NCBI GenBank assembly: GCA_965223905.1
Contig: CBDCXV010000001.1
Coordinates: forward strand, 800,001-864,000
Reading direction: 5' to 3'
DNA from: Candidatus Latescibacterota bacterium
GTDB taxonomy: Bacteria; Latescibacterota; UBA2968; UBA8231
Length of the DNA stretch: 64,000 nt
Shown one piece after another: positions 31,451 through 41,878 of this stretch. Within the stretch, counting starts at the first letter, position 1. Each line of letters begins with the position of its first letter. The notes under the pieces are model-generated. The model worked only from the letters and a program-made list of their open reading frames with translations, was not told where the DNA came from and did not search any database. The position numbers and the translations under genes were made by a program.

Positions 31451-32614
31451 TTACTTACGGCGCCTGGAGACGAAGCTGCGCACCGCCGCGATCACGCGGT
31501 CCTGTTGCTCTTCGCTCAGCTCGGGGTGCAGCGGCAGCACCAGAATGCGTTCCCATTCGCTTTCGGTCACCGGGAGACGCGTGGTGTAGGGTTTGAAAAT
31601 GCCCATCAGGTGATTCGGGTAGAAATGGACGTTGGAATCGATGCCCTGTTCGTCGAGGTAGCGGTAGAGTTCGTCGCGATCCTCGACCTTGACTACGGCA
31701 TTGTAGCAGGCGCTTAGGGCGTAATCCCGGTTCGGCAGCACCTCGACCCCATCGACCCCGGCGAACCCTTTGCGGTACCGCTGAAGGAGGTTTCGGCGTC
31801 GCTCGTTCAGGGCTTCGAGCTTGTCGAGCTGTACCAGCCCTATCGCAGCGGCGAGGTCGTTCATCTCGTACTTGTACCCGATTTCCTCGACTTCGTAGAT
31901 CCAGGAACGATGCGGTTCTCCTGAACGGAAGCGCTCCCAGGTCGGCTTGGAGATGCCGGCCCAGCGCAGCTTGCGGACCCGGTCGGCAACCGCGGGGTCG
32001 TCGGTCACGAGCATGCCGCCGTCGCCTGTGGTCAGGTTTTTCGTCGCCTGAAAGCTGAAACAGCCGATGTCCCCGAGAGCGCCGAGCATGCGCCCCTTGT
32101 AGCGGCCGCCGCAACCGTGGGCGGAGTCCTCGACAACCGTGAGGCCGTGCTGGCCCGCAAGCGCCAGGATCGGGTCCATGTCGCAGGCGTGTCCGCCGTA
32201 GTGGACGACCATGATCGCCCGCGTGGTCGGTGTGATCTTCTTGCGCAGCTCGTCGGCAGTGACGTTGAGGGTGCCGGGATCGATGTCGCAGAACACCGGA
32301 CGCCCTCCGGCGTGGACGATCGCCTGGGTCGCGGAGACGAAGGTCATCGAGCTGGTCAGCACTTCCTGCCCCTCGACCTCCGCCGCGATCATGGCCAGGT
32401 GCAGGGCCGCGGTAGCGGAGTTGAGGGAAACGGCGTGGCGGACACCGATGTAATCGGCAAAACGTTCCTCGAACGCGAGCGTTCGGGGACCGCGTCCGAT
32501 CCAGCCCCCGGCCAGAACCTCGGATACGGCGCGGAATTCCTCCTCACCGAATGACGGCTTGAACAGCCGCAGGCGTTCGTCGTACGCGGCACTCGAAGCT
32601 TCCGATTCCGTCAT
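31451..32614 (-). CDS. DegT/DnrJ/EryC1/StrS sugar aminotransferase
   Basis: NSATAALHLA, EDSAHG and FSFQATKNLTTGDGG (PLP Lys). Confidence 0.93.
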   Translation of the reverse strand: MTESEASSAAYDERLRLFKPSFGEEEFRAVSEVLAGGWIGRGPRTLAFEERFADYIGVRHAVSLNSATAALHLAMIAAEVEGQEVLTSSMTFVSATQAIVHAGGRPVFCDIDPGTLNVTADELRKKITPTTRAIMVVHYGGHACDMDPILALAGQHGLTVVEDSAHGCGGRYKGRMLGALGDIGCFSFQATKNLTTGDGGMLVTDDPAVADRVRKLRWAGISKPTWERFRSGEPHRSWIYEVEEIGYKYEMNDLAAAIGLVQLDKLEALNERRRNLLQRYRKGFAGVDGVEVLPNRDYALSACYNAVVKVEDRDELYRYLDEQGIDSNVHFYPNHLMGIFKPYTTRLPVTESEWERILVLPLHPELSEEQQDRVIAAVRSFVSRRRK

Positions 32615-33600
32615 CTAACCGTCCTTTCCGGCCAATGCCGGCGGGTCCCCGGTGATAGCGGCGCCCAGTAGGATCGGTCCGTCACCGTGCGCCGCAGGAT
32701 CCTCCAGTACGCCCGGAGCCGCTGTGCTCCCTCGTTCCTACTGGGGGACGGCAACAAGGCGGGAACCATCCACAAGGCGGATCGCAACAGCATCTCGACC
32801 ACCGTGAGCAGCCTCAGCGCGTGCAGGCGGCCCTTTCCGAAGTGTTTCTCGAACAGGTAGAACAGACTTTGCTGACTGACGACCAGCATCTCATCGAGGT
32901 TTTTGCGGATGCTTTGGCCGTCGTGATGGACGACGCGGCTCGACGGCAGGTATACCACCGACCAACCTTTTTTCCGAAGACGCATGCACCAGTCGAGATC
33001 CTCGAAGCACATGAAAATGTTGGGATCGAGGAATCCCGTTTCGGCGGCTGCCTCTCGGCGCACCATCAAGCACGCCCCCGTCACCCATCCGACGAGGCGG
33101 CGCTCTCCATGATGCCAGCGGCCCAATCTAAAGAACGGGAACATTCTGTGCAATAACAGCTTATGCACGATTTCGGAGTGCAGGCCGGGGGTCCTTCCGC
33201 ACGACATTTGCAGGGATCCGTCGGGGTATTCCAGCCGGGGGCCGACGGCCCCTGCGTCCGGATCGGAGTCGAGGTAGTCGACGAGTTCTCCGAGGGCTCC
33301 GACCTCGACCGCGGTGTCCGAATTGAGCAACAGGAGGCAGCGGCCGTCGGCGCGTTCCAGAGCGAGGTTGTTGCCGCGGCTGAAGCCGAGATTCTCCGGG
33401 CAGCGTATCAGCTCGACTTGGGGAAACCGGTCGGCGACCATGTCCGCGCTGCCGTCGCTCGAGGCGTTGTCGACCACCAGGACCTGCCAGCCGGCGCTGT
33501 CGGGGTCCGCGTAGACGGAACGCAGGCAGTCCTCGAGAAGGTCTCGCGTGTTCCAGCTGACGATGCAGATGGACAGCGAAACCTCGCCTGTTCCTGTCAC
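32611..33600 (-). CDS. Glycosyltransferase family 2 (WbbL-like)
   Basis: VVDNASSDGS, NLGFSRGNN, LLNSD, GACLMVR and FEDLDWC motifs. Confidence 0.9.
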   Translation of the reverse strand: MTGTGEVSLSICIVSWNTRDLLEDCLRSVYADPDSAGWQVLVVDNASSDGSADMVADRFPQVELIRCPENLGFSRGNNLALERADGRCLLLLNSDTAVEVGALGELVDYLDSDPDAGAVGPRLEYPDGSLQMSCGRTPGLHSEIVHKLLLHRMFPFFRLGRWHHGERRLVGWVTGACLMVRREAAAETGFLDPNIFMCFEDLDWCMRLRKKGWSVVYLPSSRVVHHDGQSIRKNLDEMLVVSQQSLFYLFEKHFGKGRLHALRLLTVVEMLLRSALWMVPALLPSPSRNEGAQRLRAYWRILRRTVTDRSYWAPLSPGTRRHWPERTVR

Positions 33601-34919
33601 TTGAGTCCCCCCGCTTCCAGGAGGCCGAGCAGCGCGGTGCGGGCCCGGTCTTCCCACAACCAGACGAAACCGTTGGCGGCAACCAGGCCAGCCAGCAAGG
33701 CCGCGGTTCGCGCGGCCCCCCAGCGCTGCCAGGCGAAGTGTGCGAAGGCGGCGGCAAACAGGATGAACAACGGCTCCAGGGGCAGGCGGAAACGCGCCGA
33801 CCCGTAGAGGATGGTAGAAAAGGTGAAGACGAAAGCGACGATGACGGCGGCCAGCAGATCGAAGCCCCTGCGTCTCCAGAATAGGAGAAGACCCGCGGCG
33901 AACAGGGGCAGGATCACCATGAAGGAGAGGTTGTACCCGGGCTGGAAAAAGTACCAGAAACGCAGGAAGCGCTCCCCCACCGAGCGCAGGTAGAGGGCGG
34001 GATCCCCTGATACGAGCCGTATCCCCTGGGCGAGCCAGTAGCGGTCGCGCTCGACTTCGCCAGGCATGCGCTCGAAGGTGCGTTTCTCGATTCGCCAGCC
34101 ATCCGCCTGTTTCCAGTCCGGACTCGGTCCGTTGCTGCGGGCGAACACGAAGCCGCCATGCGTCGATATCGGCACAAAGGCGGAGTGCACCTGGAAGTTG
34201 CGCGCCGTCCAGGGGACCACAGTGGCGGCGACACCGAGGGTTATCCACAGGCACCGGCGCCAGCGGCCCCCGCCGGTGAACTGCGAGTGCAGCATTTCGA
34301 CCGGCCACAGCACGAGCGCCACCGGTCTGGTAAGGGCCGCAAAGCCGATCGCCACTCCGACGGCCATCAGCCGCGGGCCGCCGGCCTCGGCCGTGAGACG
34401 GGTGGAGATCGACAGGTAGAGGGCCAACACCAGCAGGAACGCGAACAGCGTCTCCGTCATTACCTCGCTGGCACTCGCCACCAGCGGCATGTAGAGGGAG
34501 GCTGCCACTCCCGCTATCAGCGCCGCCTGCGGGCAGATGGCCCTGGCGGTCGCGTACACGGTTACCGCCGTGGCTGCCCCGAGGAATGACTGAGCGATTT
34601 TGACGGCGCCGTGGGAAAAACCGAAAAGACCGTACACCCCCGCCAGAAAGCCGGGGTACAGCGGGGCCCTCCATGATCTCATGTCGTAGCCGAACCAGTT
34701 TTCCCGCGCCACGAAACCTTCCCCGGCGAGCAGGTTGGCGGCGATCTCGTCGTAGTCGGGGGTGTCCTGGGCGGGCACCTCCATGCCGAGGGAGGCGCAT
34801 CCCAGCCGCATGGCCGCGGCCAGGGCGAAGAGCGCGATTCCCCATTGGCGCGGGATAAGGACCCGGTCCCTTTTCCGGGACACCGCAGGCTGTCCGGGGA
34901 GCGTACCGGCGCCGTTCAC
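33597..34919 (-). CDS. GT-C fold membrane glycosyltransferase (ArnT/GT39-like)
   Basis: DTPDYDEIA, RAPLYP, MTETL, PWTARN and RFRLP motifs; many TM helices; GTGA overlaps at both ends. Confidence 0.82.
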   Translation of the reverse strand: MNGAGTLPGQPAVSRKRDRVLIPRQWGIALFALAAAMRLGCASLGMEVPAQDTPDYDEIAANLLAGEGFVARENWFGYDMRSWRAPLYPGFLAGVYGLFGFSHGAVKIAQSFLGAATAVTVYATARAICPQAALIAGVAASLYMPLVASASEVMTETLFAFLLVLALYLSISTRLTAEAGGPRLMAVGVAIGFAALTRPVALVLWPVEMLHSQFTGGGRWRRCLWITLGVAATVVPWTARNFQVHSAFVPISTHGGFVFARSNGPSPDWKQADGWRIEKRTFERMPGEVERDRYWLAQGIRLVSGDPALYLRSVGERFLRFWYFFQPGYNLSFMVILPLFAAGLLLFWRRRGFDLLAAVIVAFVFTFSTILYGSARFRLPLEPLFILFAAAFAHFAWQRWGAARTAALLAGLVAANGFVWLWEDRARTALLGLLEAGGLK

Positions 34920-36292
34920 CGGACTCCTGCGACGCGGTCGAAACAGGCAGCGAGCCGTCGCGTCAACTCGCGCCGGTGAAAGGGCCTGAGCGCCGCCGGG
35001 TCGGCGCCGTGGGCCGCGCCCTCGCAGCACTCGCGGTAAAGCCGCACCAGGGCGCCGCGGATAGCCTCTACGTCGTCCGGGGGGACGCAGATACCGGCAT
35101 GCAGTGCGGCCATCATGCGCGCCACCATACCCTCCCCGCACAGGGCGAGAATGGGGCGTCCCGTCGCCGCGTACTCGAAGAACTTGCCGGGAACGTTAGA
35201 GGACGGCCACGGACGCGGGTGATCGACGAGAAGGAGGACATCCGCCCGGCGCTGAAGCTCTAGCGCTGACTCCCGGTCCACTTCACCGGGGATCGCGGCC
35301 ATCCCGGCGCGCAGCAGCGGCCCTGCCGCTTCCCGCTCCGGCGTGCTAAGGCTGCCGACCAGCTCGAGCCGGATGCGCCTGCGCCATTCCGCGTCCTGAT
35401 GAAGCAGGGACTCCAGGGCGGCGAACAACGCCAGCGGCGATCGCTGCGGATGGCTCCCGGAAAAACTGCCGGTGTGAAGGACACGCATCGGACCTGGGAC
35501 GCACTCGTCCGGCGGGTTCGACCCCGGATCCTGGGTGCCCCGGGCTCCCTGGAACAGGGGCCCTGCAGGCCCGGGGCTGTCCTCTTGAGTCTCCTGGGGA
35601 TCGAAACCGTTGGTGATCACCTCGATTTTGCCTCCACTGTCCGGATACGCGGCGCCCAAATACTCGGCGCTGATCTCCGTCGTCGCTATTACCGCGTCCG
35701 CGGCGCTGACGACCCGTTCCTCGAGACGGCGTTCGAGCTCGCGGCGGAACGGCATGTCGTCGAGCCCCGGGTCGAGAGGGTCGTATATCCAGCTGTCGCG
35801 GAAATCGGCTACCCAGGGCAGGGCTGTCCACCGTTGAAGAAACAGGCCGGCCAGGTGGGCGCTTGCCGGCGGGGACGTCGTGTAGATCAGGTCGACCTCG
35901 TGCCGGCGCAGGTAGCGGAGTGCCTTGACGGCCGCCGCCGGAGCCCAGGTGATCTGGCCATCGGGAACAAGCAGCCGGCGTCCCAGCAGCCGAATGGCGT
36001 CTGTCAGGGGGGAACGGGTCCTCGCCGTCGAGGGCCGTGGTTGGCCGCCGGTGCCGCGGTTGAAAAGAAACCGGTAGGCGTGGAGGGGTTCCCAGGCCCG
36101 CAACGCCCCGTCTTCCTTTTTCGGGCGGCCGAAAGCGGTCGTCGTGAGCACCACCGGCCGGTACCCGAATTCCGGCAGGTATCGGGTGAATTTGAGGGTG
36201 CGTTCGACGCCCCCCGACCTGATCGGAGGATAGTGGTAGGCGACAAAGAGAGCGGTTCTCGCGGCGGGAACTCTCTCCTGCTGATCGCTCAT
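34916..36292 (-). CDS. Glycosyltransferase family 4
   Basis: YHYPP..SGGV.R, ADFRDSW, ITNGFD and PGKFFEY motifs. Confidence 0.88.
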   Translation of the reverse strand: MSDQQERVPAARTALFVAYHYPPIRSGGVERTLKFTRYLPEFGYRPVVLTTTAFGRPKKEDGALRAWEPLHAYRFLFNRGTGGQPRPSTARTRSPLTDAIRLLGRRLLVPDGQITWAPAAAVKALRYLRRHEVDLIYTTSPPASAHLAGLFLQRWTALPWVADFRDSWIYDPLDPGLDDMPFRRELERRLEERVVSAADAVIATTEISAEYLGAAYPDSGGKIEVITNGFDPQETQEDSPGPAGPLFQGARGTQDPGSNPPDECVPGPMRVLHTGSFSGSHPQRSPLALFAALESLLHQDAEWRRRIRLELVGSLSTPEREAAGPLLRAGMAAIPGEVDRESALELQRRADVLLLVDHPRPWPSSNVPGKFFEYAATGRPILALCGEGMVARMMAALHAGICVPPDDVEAIRGALVRLYRECCEGAAHGADPAALRPFHRRELTRRLAACFDRVAGVR

Positions 36293-36461
36293 GAATTGCT
36301 CGATCTCGAAGGGGGACCTGCGCGAACTCCCGGGAAAAGAAGAGGAGGAAAAATAAGCGGCTGAGACTTTCCGACCTCAAGGAATCGGCGCGAAGGCCGA
36401 TGGCCGCCCGCCGGTGATTGGGTTATATTGGTGACCTCGTTTTGCAGGAGTCGAGCCGAAA

Positions 36462-36935
36462 ATGACCTTGCTGGAAATCCTGTCTTCCGAGACCACGATC
36501 GTCGGTCTCAAAGGCAACAGCAAAGAAGAAATCATCGAGGAACTGGTCGATTGTCTCGATGCCGGTGACGCGATCTCAGATCGCGACAAGGTGTTGCAGG
36601 CCGTAGTCGAGCGCGAAAAAATCATGAGTACGGGGATAGGCGACGGCATCGCCATTCCCCACGGGAAATCCGATGCCGTTCAATGGCTCGTCGCTGCTCT
36701 GGGAACCCACCGGCGTGGCGTCGATTTCGAGGCCCTCGACGGCGAGCCGGCGTTCGTGTTCTTCCTGCTGGTCTCACCCGCCAACGTCTCCGGTCCGCAC
36801 ATCAAGGCGCTGGCGCGCATCTCCCGGCTGCTGAAAAACGATGAGTTCAAGAAGAGCCTGATCGAGGCTTCGACACCCGCAGAGGTGCTCGAAGCGATTG
36901 CGGAGGAAGAGAAGCAGTACCCTGCTTCCGGATAG
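36462..36935 (+). CDS. PTS IIA component (PtsN/fructose-type)
   Basis: REKIMSTGIGDGIAIPHG phospho-His motif; HIKALARISR. Confidence 0.92.
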   Translation: MTLLEILSSETTIVGLKGNSKEEIIEELVDCLDAGDAISDRDKVLQAVVEREKIMSTGIGDGIAIPHGKSDAVQWLVAALGTHRRGVDFEALDGEPAFVFFLLVSPANVSGPHIKALARISRLLKNDEFKKSLIEASTPAEVLEAIAEEEKQYPASG

Positions 36936-37025
36936 CTCCGCCCGGGAGACCGCCGCCCGCCGCGGCCCCGGATCTCATCCCTTTCCCGCTTCCAGCAGTA
37001 CAAGGACCCCCGCCGGTCGGGTGCC

Positions 37026-39137
37026 GTGCAGTTCCTCAACCCCGCGGCGCTGATCGCCCTGGCGGCCGCGGCAGTTCCCCTGGCCGTTCACCTGCTGCAT
37101 CGCGGCAGTTCCCAGCCCCTTCCGTTCAGCAACCTCCGTTTCCTGCGCCGCCTGCACCAGAGCCGCATGCGCAGCATCCGCCTGCGCCAGTGGCTGGTTC
37201 TGCTGCTGCGCACTCTCGCTGTGGCCGCACTCGTCCTCGCCTTCGCGCGTCCTGCCTTGCGCGGCGGAGAGGGGGGATGGTTCGGCCGGCCGGCCCCGGT
37301 GGCTGCGGCGATCCTGCTCGACGCCTCGTACAGCACGGGATACCGGCCGGGGTCGGTGCGCATCTTCGAGCTCTTGCGGTCCCAGGCGATCGACCTGCTG
37401 GAGCTGTTTACCCCCGGGGACGAGGTTCGCGTCATCCCCTTTGCCTCCGCTGCGGTCCCGATCGACGGGAAGCTGCCGCAGGAGCTGCGGGAGCTCGCGG
37501 TGCGCCAGGAAGGGACCGACGTCGAGGCGGCACTTCGCGCCGCCGAGCGCCACTTCGAGGAGGCCGGCCTGCGGCGAGAGCTCTTCATCTGTTCCGATCT
37601 CGCAGCCCCGGGCTGGGTGAAGGTCGTCGCCAGACGCTCCCCAGAGTGGTCGCAAACGGCGATCTACACCACCGATCTCCAGCTTTCCGGCCGCGGCAAT
37701 CGCTATCTCTCGGCCGTGGACGCCGGCAGCTGGATGGCCGCTCCGGGCGGCAGATGGCGGATCCGGGCCGAGGTGGTCAACTCCTCGGAAATCCGCTCGG
37801 AGAAGTTCGCCGCCGATCTGTTCATCGACGGGGAGAGGATGCAACGGCGCACGGTCGAGCTTCAACCCGGGGAGCGCTCCGAGCTGGGGTTTGCCACCAC
37901 TCCCCGCCGCGACGGTTTCACCAGCGGATACGTAGAGATCGAAGAGGATGCCTTGACGCTCGACGACAGGCGCTACTTCACCGCTTTCATTCCGCGGCAG
38001 GTTCGCGTGGTGATGGCTGGCGATTCCGGGGATCTCTACTTCGCGCAGCAGGCGCTGGCAGCAGCCGCCTCTGGCGATCCCAGCCTGGAGCTCGACAGCA
38101 GTTCCCCGGGTTCTCTCGGTTCCGGGGTTCTTGACGAGGCCGGGGTGCTGATCCTGTGCAACGTCTCGCAGCTCGGCAGCGAGCAGATCGGGGCCGTCCG
38201 CGATTTCGCGGCGCGGGGAGGGGGGGTCGTTGTATTTCCCGGCCCGGACGCCGACATCAGCTACCTCAACCGCCATCTCCTTTCCACCTTGATTCCGGCC
38301 TCGATCGTGAAAGCGGTCGGGCGCCCGGGGCCCGCGGGCCGGAGACCGGCTTCCTTCCTCCGCCTCGATCCCGCGGCCTCGGACGAGGTCCTGCTCGAGG
38401 GTCTGACCGAGGCTGCTGCCAGGCCTCGTTTCTTCGCCGCCTTCTCCCTGATGACCAACCCCGGCGTTTCGGCGCTGCTCTCTTTCGGGGATGGCTCCCC
38501 GGCCGCGGCCATGGCCTGGCGCCGGATGGGGCGCGTCGTCCTGTTCGCGGTCCCGCTGTCGCTCGAGTGGAGCGAGCTGCCGTCGAGCGCGCTGTTCGCC
38601 CCGTTGCTTCAGCGTCTCTGCCGGCTGCTGGGCACTCCCTCGCAGGGCGGGGGTGGCTACCTGGTCGGTCAGACGGTTCGCCGCCTTCTCCTCGGGGTAG
38701 TTCCAGGCGACCGTGTCGAGGTCCGGACTCCGAGCGGCCGGCGCTACTTCCAGTCGGCCGAGGCGAACTCCGAGGGGACCTTCTGGACCGGGCGTCCTGC
38801 CGAAGCGGGGGTGTGGCGTCTCGAAAAAGGGGGCGAGGTCGTCGACCGCTTCGCCGTCAATGTCGACACCCGCGAGTCGAATCTGGAGGAGGTCTCTCCC
38901 GGCCAGCTCGAGCGCATCTTCGGCCCGGCGCGGGTCGTGCCGCTGGCGTCGGACGCGGACCTGCGCGAACAGGTTCTTGTTCGGCGTTATGGCCGCGAAC
39001 TGTGGCGGGAGTTCCTGCTCGCCGCCCTGGCGCTCCTGCTTGCGGAATCCTGGCTCGCGCGAGCGCCCCGATCGGCAAGCCAGACGGCTGAGGAGGAGCC
39101 GGTTCAGCCGGCCTCCCGCAGCGCCTCGAAGGTGTAG
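37026..39137 (+). CDS. BatA/vWA domain membrane protein
   Basis: N-terminal FLNP...PLAVHL...FSNLRFL...LAFARP; LLDASYST MIDAS-like; AVNVDTRES and C-terminal TM helix. Confidence 0.85.
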   Translation: MQFLNPAALIALAAAAVPLAVHLLHRGSSQPLPFSNLRFLRRLHQSRMRSIRLRQWLVLLLRTLAVAALVLAFARPALRGGEGGWFGRPAPVAAAILLDASYSTGYRPGSVRIFELLRSQAIDLLELFTPGDEVRVIPFASAAVPIDGKLPQELRELAVRQEGTDVEAALRAAERHFEEAGLRRELFICSDLAAPGWVKVVARRSPEWSQTAIYTTDLQLSGRGNRYLSAVDAGSWMAAPGGRWRIRAEVVNSSEIRSEKFAADLFIDGERMQRRTVELQPGERSELGFATTPRRDGFTSGYVEIEEDALTLDDRRYFTAFIPRQVRVVMAGDSGDLYFAQQALAAAASGDPSLELDSSSPGSLGSGVLDEAGVLILCNVSQLGSEQIGAVRDFAARGGGVVVFPGPDADISYLNRHLLSTLIPASIVKAVGRPGPAGRRPASFLRLDPAASDEVLLEGLTEAAARPRFFAAFSLMTNPGVSALLSFGDGSPAAAMAWRRMGRVVLFAVPLSLEWSELPSSALFAPLLQRLCRLLGTPSQGGGGYLVGQTVRRLLLGVVPGDRVEVRTPSGRRYFQSAEANSEGTFWTGRPAEAGVWRLEKGGEVVDRFAVNVDTRESNLEEVSPGQLERIFGPARVVPLASDADLREQVLVRRYGRELWREFLLAALALLLAESWLARAPRSASQTAEEEPVQPASRSASKV

Positions 39138-39427
39138 ATCCCGGTGTCGTGGCCGTCGGCCCAGGTGATGCGGATGCCGTAGCGGCCGACGTGCTCGAAC
39201 CTCAATGCCTCGGCGGTCGCGGTCTCCGCCTCTCCCTCCAGCACCGGCAGCTCCCCGGTTGCCGACGGCTCGCTGGCCCGGCGCGCCTCCCGGCACATCG
39301 CGCAGGGACAGCTGCGGCGCAGCTCGCTCAGGAGGGCCTGCGAGCTGGTTCCGTCGCTCCAGGCGATTTCCATGTGCTCCCCTGTCAGGGTGATGGCGGT
39401 GGGTCGCGTCCTCCTCTGCCTGGCCAC
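39104..39427 (-). CDS. DUF971 family protein
   Basis: LRRSCPCAMC and VGRYGIRITWADGHDTGIYTF; GTG start with GAGG SD. Confidence 0.85.
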   Translation of the reverse strand: MARQRRTRPTAITLTGEHMEIAWSDGTSSQALLSELRRSCPCAMCREARRASEPSATGELPVLEGEAETATAEALRFEHVGRYGIRITWADGHDTGIYTFEALREAG

Positions 39428-39435
39428 GGGCAACC

Positions 39436-40767
39436 TCACCACACAGGGCCGAGGGCGCGCGCCGTCAGCTCGTACGGGTAGGCCCCTACGATCTCGACTT
39501 CGGCGAAATTCCCCGGTTGCAGCCCTGCTTGGCCGGCGTCGATGGCGACGCTGCCGTCGATCTCGGGGGCGTCGCGCTGCAGGCGGCCGCGGAAATGGCC
39601 ACCTGCCTCGGTATCCCGCTCGTCGACCAGCGCGGTGTGACGGGTGCCGACGTGGCCGAGGTTGACCTCCGCGGAGATGCGGTCCTGAAGTTCGGTCAGG
39701 CGCCGGTAGCGCTCCTCTTTCACCTCCTCGGCGACCGGCTGGTCGAGATCCGCGGCCGCGGTTCCCTCTTCCGGCGAGTAGATGAAACAGGTCGCATTGT
39801 CGAAGCGGCTGTCCTCGATGAATTGGAGCAGCTCCTCGAACTGGGCCTCGGTTTCGCCGGGAAAGCCGACGATGAACGACGAGCGCAGTCCGACTCCGGG
39901 CATGCGGGTGCGCAGCTTTTCGAGCAACTCGAGGGTCTTGCGCCGGGTGGTCGCCCGCTTCATGCGCGCCAGCACCGGGTCCGAGATATGCTGCAACGGC
40001 ATGTCGATGTAGTTGCACATGACCGGCGTGGCGGCGAAAAAATCGATCAGCTCATCGCTCCAGAACGCCGGGTAGGTGTACATCAGGCGCATCCACCCGA
40101 GGCCCTCGACAGCGGCCAGCTTGCGCAGCAGGGGCAGCAGCTCGAAGCGGCCGTAGAGGTCCTTGCCGTAGCGCACCGAGTCCTGGGAGACGAGGACCAG
40201 CTCGCGCGCGCCAGCGGCGGTCAGTCGCTCAGCCTCGGCCACGAGGGCTTCCACCGGCTCGCTGCGGTGCCTGCCCTTGATCAGCGGGATCGCACAGAAG
40301 GCGCACTGATGGTCGCAGCCGTCGGAGATGCGGAGATAGGCCCAGTGGCGGGGGGTCGTCTGCAGCCGCGGGGCGCTGTCGATGTAACGCTCCCGCGCCC
40401 GCCCGAGCAGGCGGTCGACGTAGCGGGCGATCTCCTTCTCCTGACTGAGTGTCAGGATTTCGTCCGCTTCCTCGGCGAGCTCCCTGCGCAAGTCGGGGCG
40501 GTAGCGCTCGGCGAGGCAGCCGGTGACGATGACCCCCTTGCAGACCCCGGTTTCCCTGAGCTCGTGAGCGGCGAGGATGGCATCAATCGACTCCTCCTTG
40601 GCGGGGCCGATGAAGCCGCAGGTGTTGACGATGACGACGTCGGCAGCCTGCGGGTCGGAGGTCGTTTCGTAGCCGTTGCCGTCGAGCAGTCCCAGCATGC
40701 GCTCCGAATCGACGGTGTTCTTGGGGCACCCGAGGCTGACGAGGTGGATTTTGGCTCTGGCGGTCAT
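39436..40767 (-). CDS. rimO: Ribosomal protein S12 methylthiotransferase
   Basis: SLGCPKNTVDSE, NTCGFI, GCDHQCAFCAIP and DAPEIDG (TRAM). Confidence 0.95.
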   Translation of the reverse strand: MTARAKIHLVSLGCPKNTVDSERMLGLLDGNGYETTSDPQAADVVIVNTCGFIGPAKEESIDAILAAHELRETGVCKGVIVTGCLAERYRPDLRRELAEEADEILTLSQEKEIARYVDRLLGRARERYIDSAPRLQTTPRHWAYLRISDGCDHQCAFCAIPLIKGRHRSEPVEALVAEAERLTAAGARELVLVSQDSVRYGKDLYGRFELLPLLRKLAAVEGLGWMRLMYTYPAFWSDELIDFFAATPVMCNYIDMPLQHISDPVLARMKRATTRRKTLELLEKLRTRMPGVGLRSSFIVGFPGETEAQFEELLQFIEDSRFDNATCFIYSPEEGTAAADLDQPVAEEVKEERYRRLTELQDRISAEVNLGHVGTRHTALVDERDTEAGGHFRGRLQRDAPEIDGSVAIDAGQAGLQPGNFAEVEIVGAYPYELTARALGPVW

Positions 40768-40777
40768 GTCGTGGGAA

Positions 40778-41878
40778 TCAGGGATATGCCTCCTGAATGT
40801 ACTCGACCCCGGCGCTTACCACTCTCTCGTCGACGTCTTCGATCAGGCTCACCTCGCCGATGCGGCGGCCGAGAACGAAGCGCAGCCTGCCGTCGCGGCG
40901 CTTCTTGTCGGCATGGGTGCGCTCGACGATGCTCGCCGCCCGAACCCGGCTGATCCCGGGCGGTACTCCCAGGCGCTCGAGCAGCGCATCCTGGCGCCGC
41001 TGTTCCGCTGCCGGCCAGGTGCCGAGCAGCCTGGCGATCTGTCCGGCCGCGGCCATGCCGAGAATCACGGCCTCGCCGTGACGGTACCCCTGGTAGCCGG
41101 TCGCCGCTTCGATCGCGTGGCCGATGGTGTGGCCGTAGTTGAGAATGGCACGCAGGCCGCCCTCCTTCTCGTCGCCCGAGACCACGGAAGCCTTGATGGC
41201 GGCGTTGCGGGCGATCAGCCAGTCGAGCTCCCCTGAATCGATCTCCAGGGCGACGACCTTTTCGATGTCTCGTTCGAGATACTCGAAGAGCTCGGCGTCG
41301 CCAATGACCGCGTGCTTGACGACCTCCGACATTCCGGCGACGCGCTCGGAAACCGGCAGAGTCCGCAGCGTGGCGGGGTCGGCCAGCACCAGGCGCGGCT
41401 GGTGGAAGGCGCCGATCGTGTTCTTGCCGAGGGCGTGGTTGACCGCGGTCTTGCCCCCGATGCTGGCGTCGACCTGGGCGACGATCGTCGTCGGCACCTG
41501 CACGAAGTCGACGCCGCGCAGAAAGGTCGCCGCGACAAACCCGGCGAGGTCCCCGACGACACCGCCGCCGACAGCGGCGATCCAGCAGCCGCGGTCCATG
41601 CGCGCTTCGATCAGCCGCCCGAAGATGCGCTCGGCAGCAGCGAGGTTCTTTTCCGAGTCGCCCCCGGAGAAGAGGATTTCGGTCACTCGAAAGCCGGCGC
41701 CGCGCAGACTCTCGGAAAGAAGTGGAACGCAGCTGTCCGCAAGGGCGGTGTCGGCGATCACCACCGCCCGGTTGCCGAGGCCGAGCTCCCGGCAGCGCCG
41801 CCCGATCTCCGGGAGGATGCCGCTGCCGACCACGACCTCGTAGCCGCGATCCCCCAGCTCGACGGCTACGGACGGCAT
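40778..41878 (-). CDS. aroB: 3-dehydroquinate synthase
   Basis: GGGVVGDLAGF, PTTIVAQVDASIGGKT, EVVKH, LNYGHTIGHAIE and HGEAV motifs. Confidence 0.96.
   Translation of the reverse strand: MPSVAVELGDRGYEVVVGSGILPEIGRRCRELGLGNRAVVIADTALADSCVPLLSESLRGAGFRVTEILFSGGDSEKNLAAAERIFGRLIEARMDRGCWIAAVGGGVVGDLAGFVAATFLRGVDFVQVPTTIVAQVDASIGGKTAVNHALGKNTIGAFHQPRLVLADPATLRTLPVSERVAGMSEVVKHAVIGDAELFEYLERDIEKVVALEIDSGELDWLIARNAAIKASVVSGDEKEGGLRAILNYGHTIGHAIEAATGYQGYRHGEAVILGMAAAGQIARLLGTWPAAEQRRQDALLERLGVPPGISRVRAASIVERTHADKKRRDGRLRFVLGRRIGEVSLIEDVDERVVSAGVEYIQEAYP

Noticed and set aside
34241-34249. Perfect DnaA box TTATCCACA
   Set aside because: Single site inside a coding region; compatible with chance
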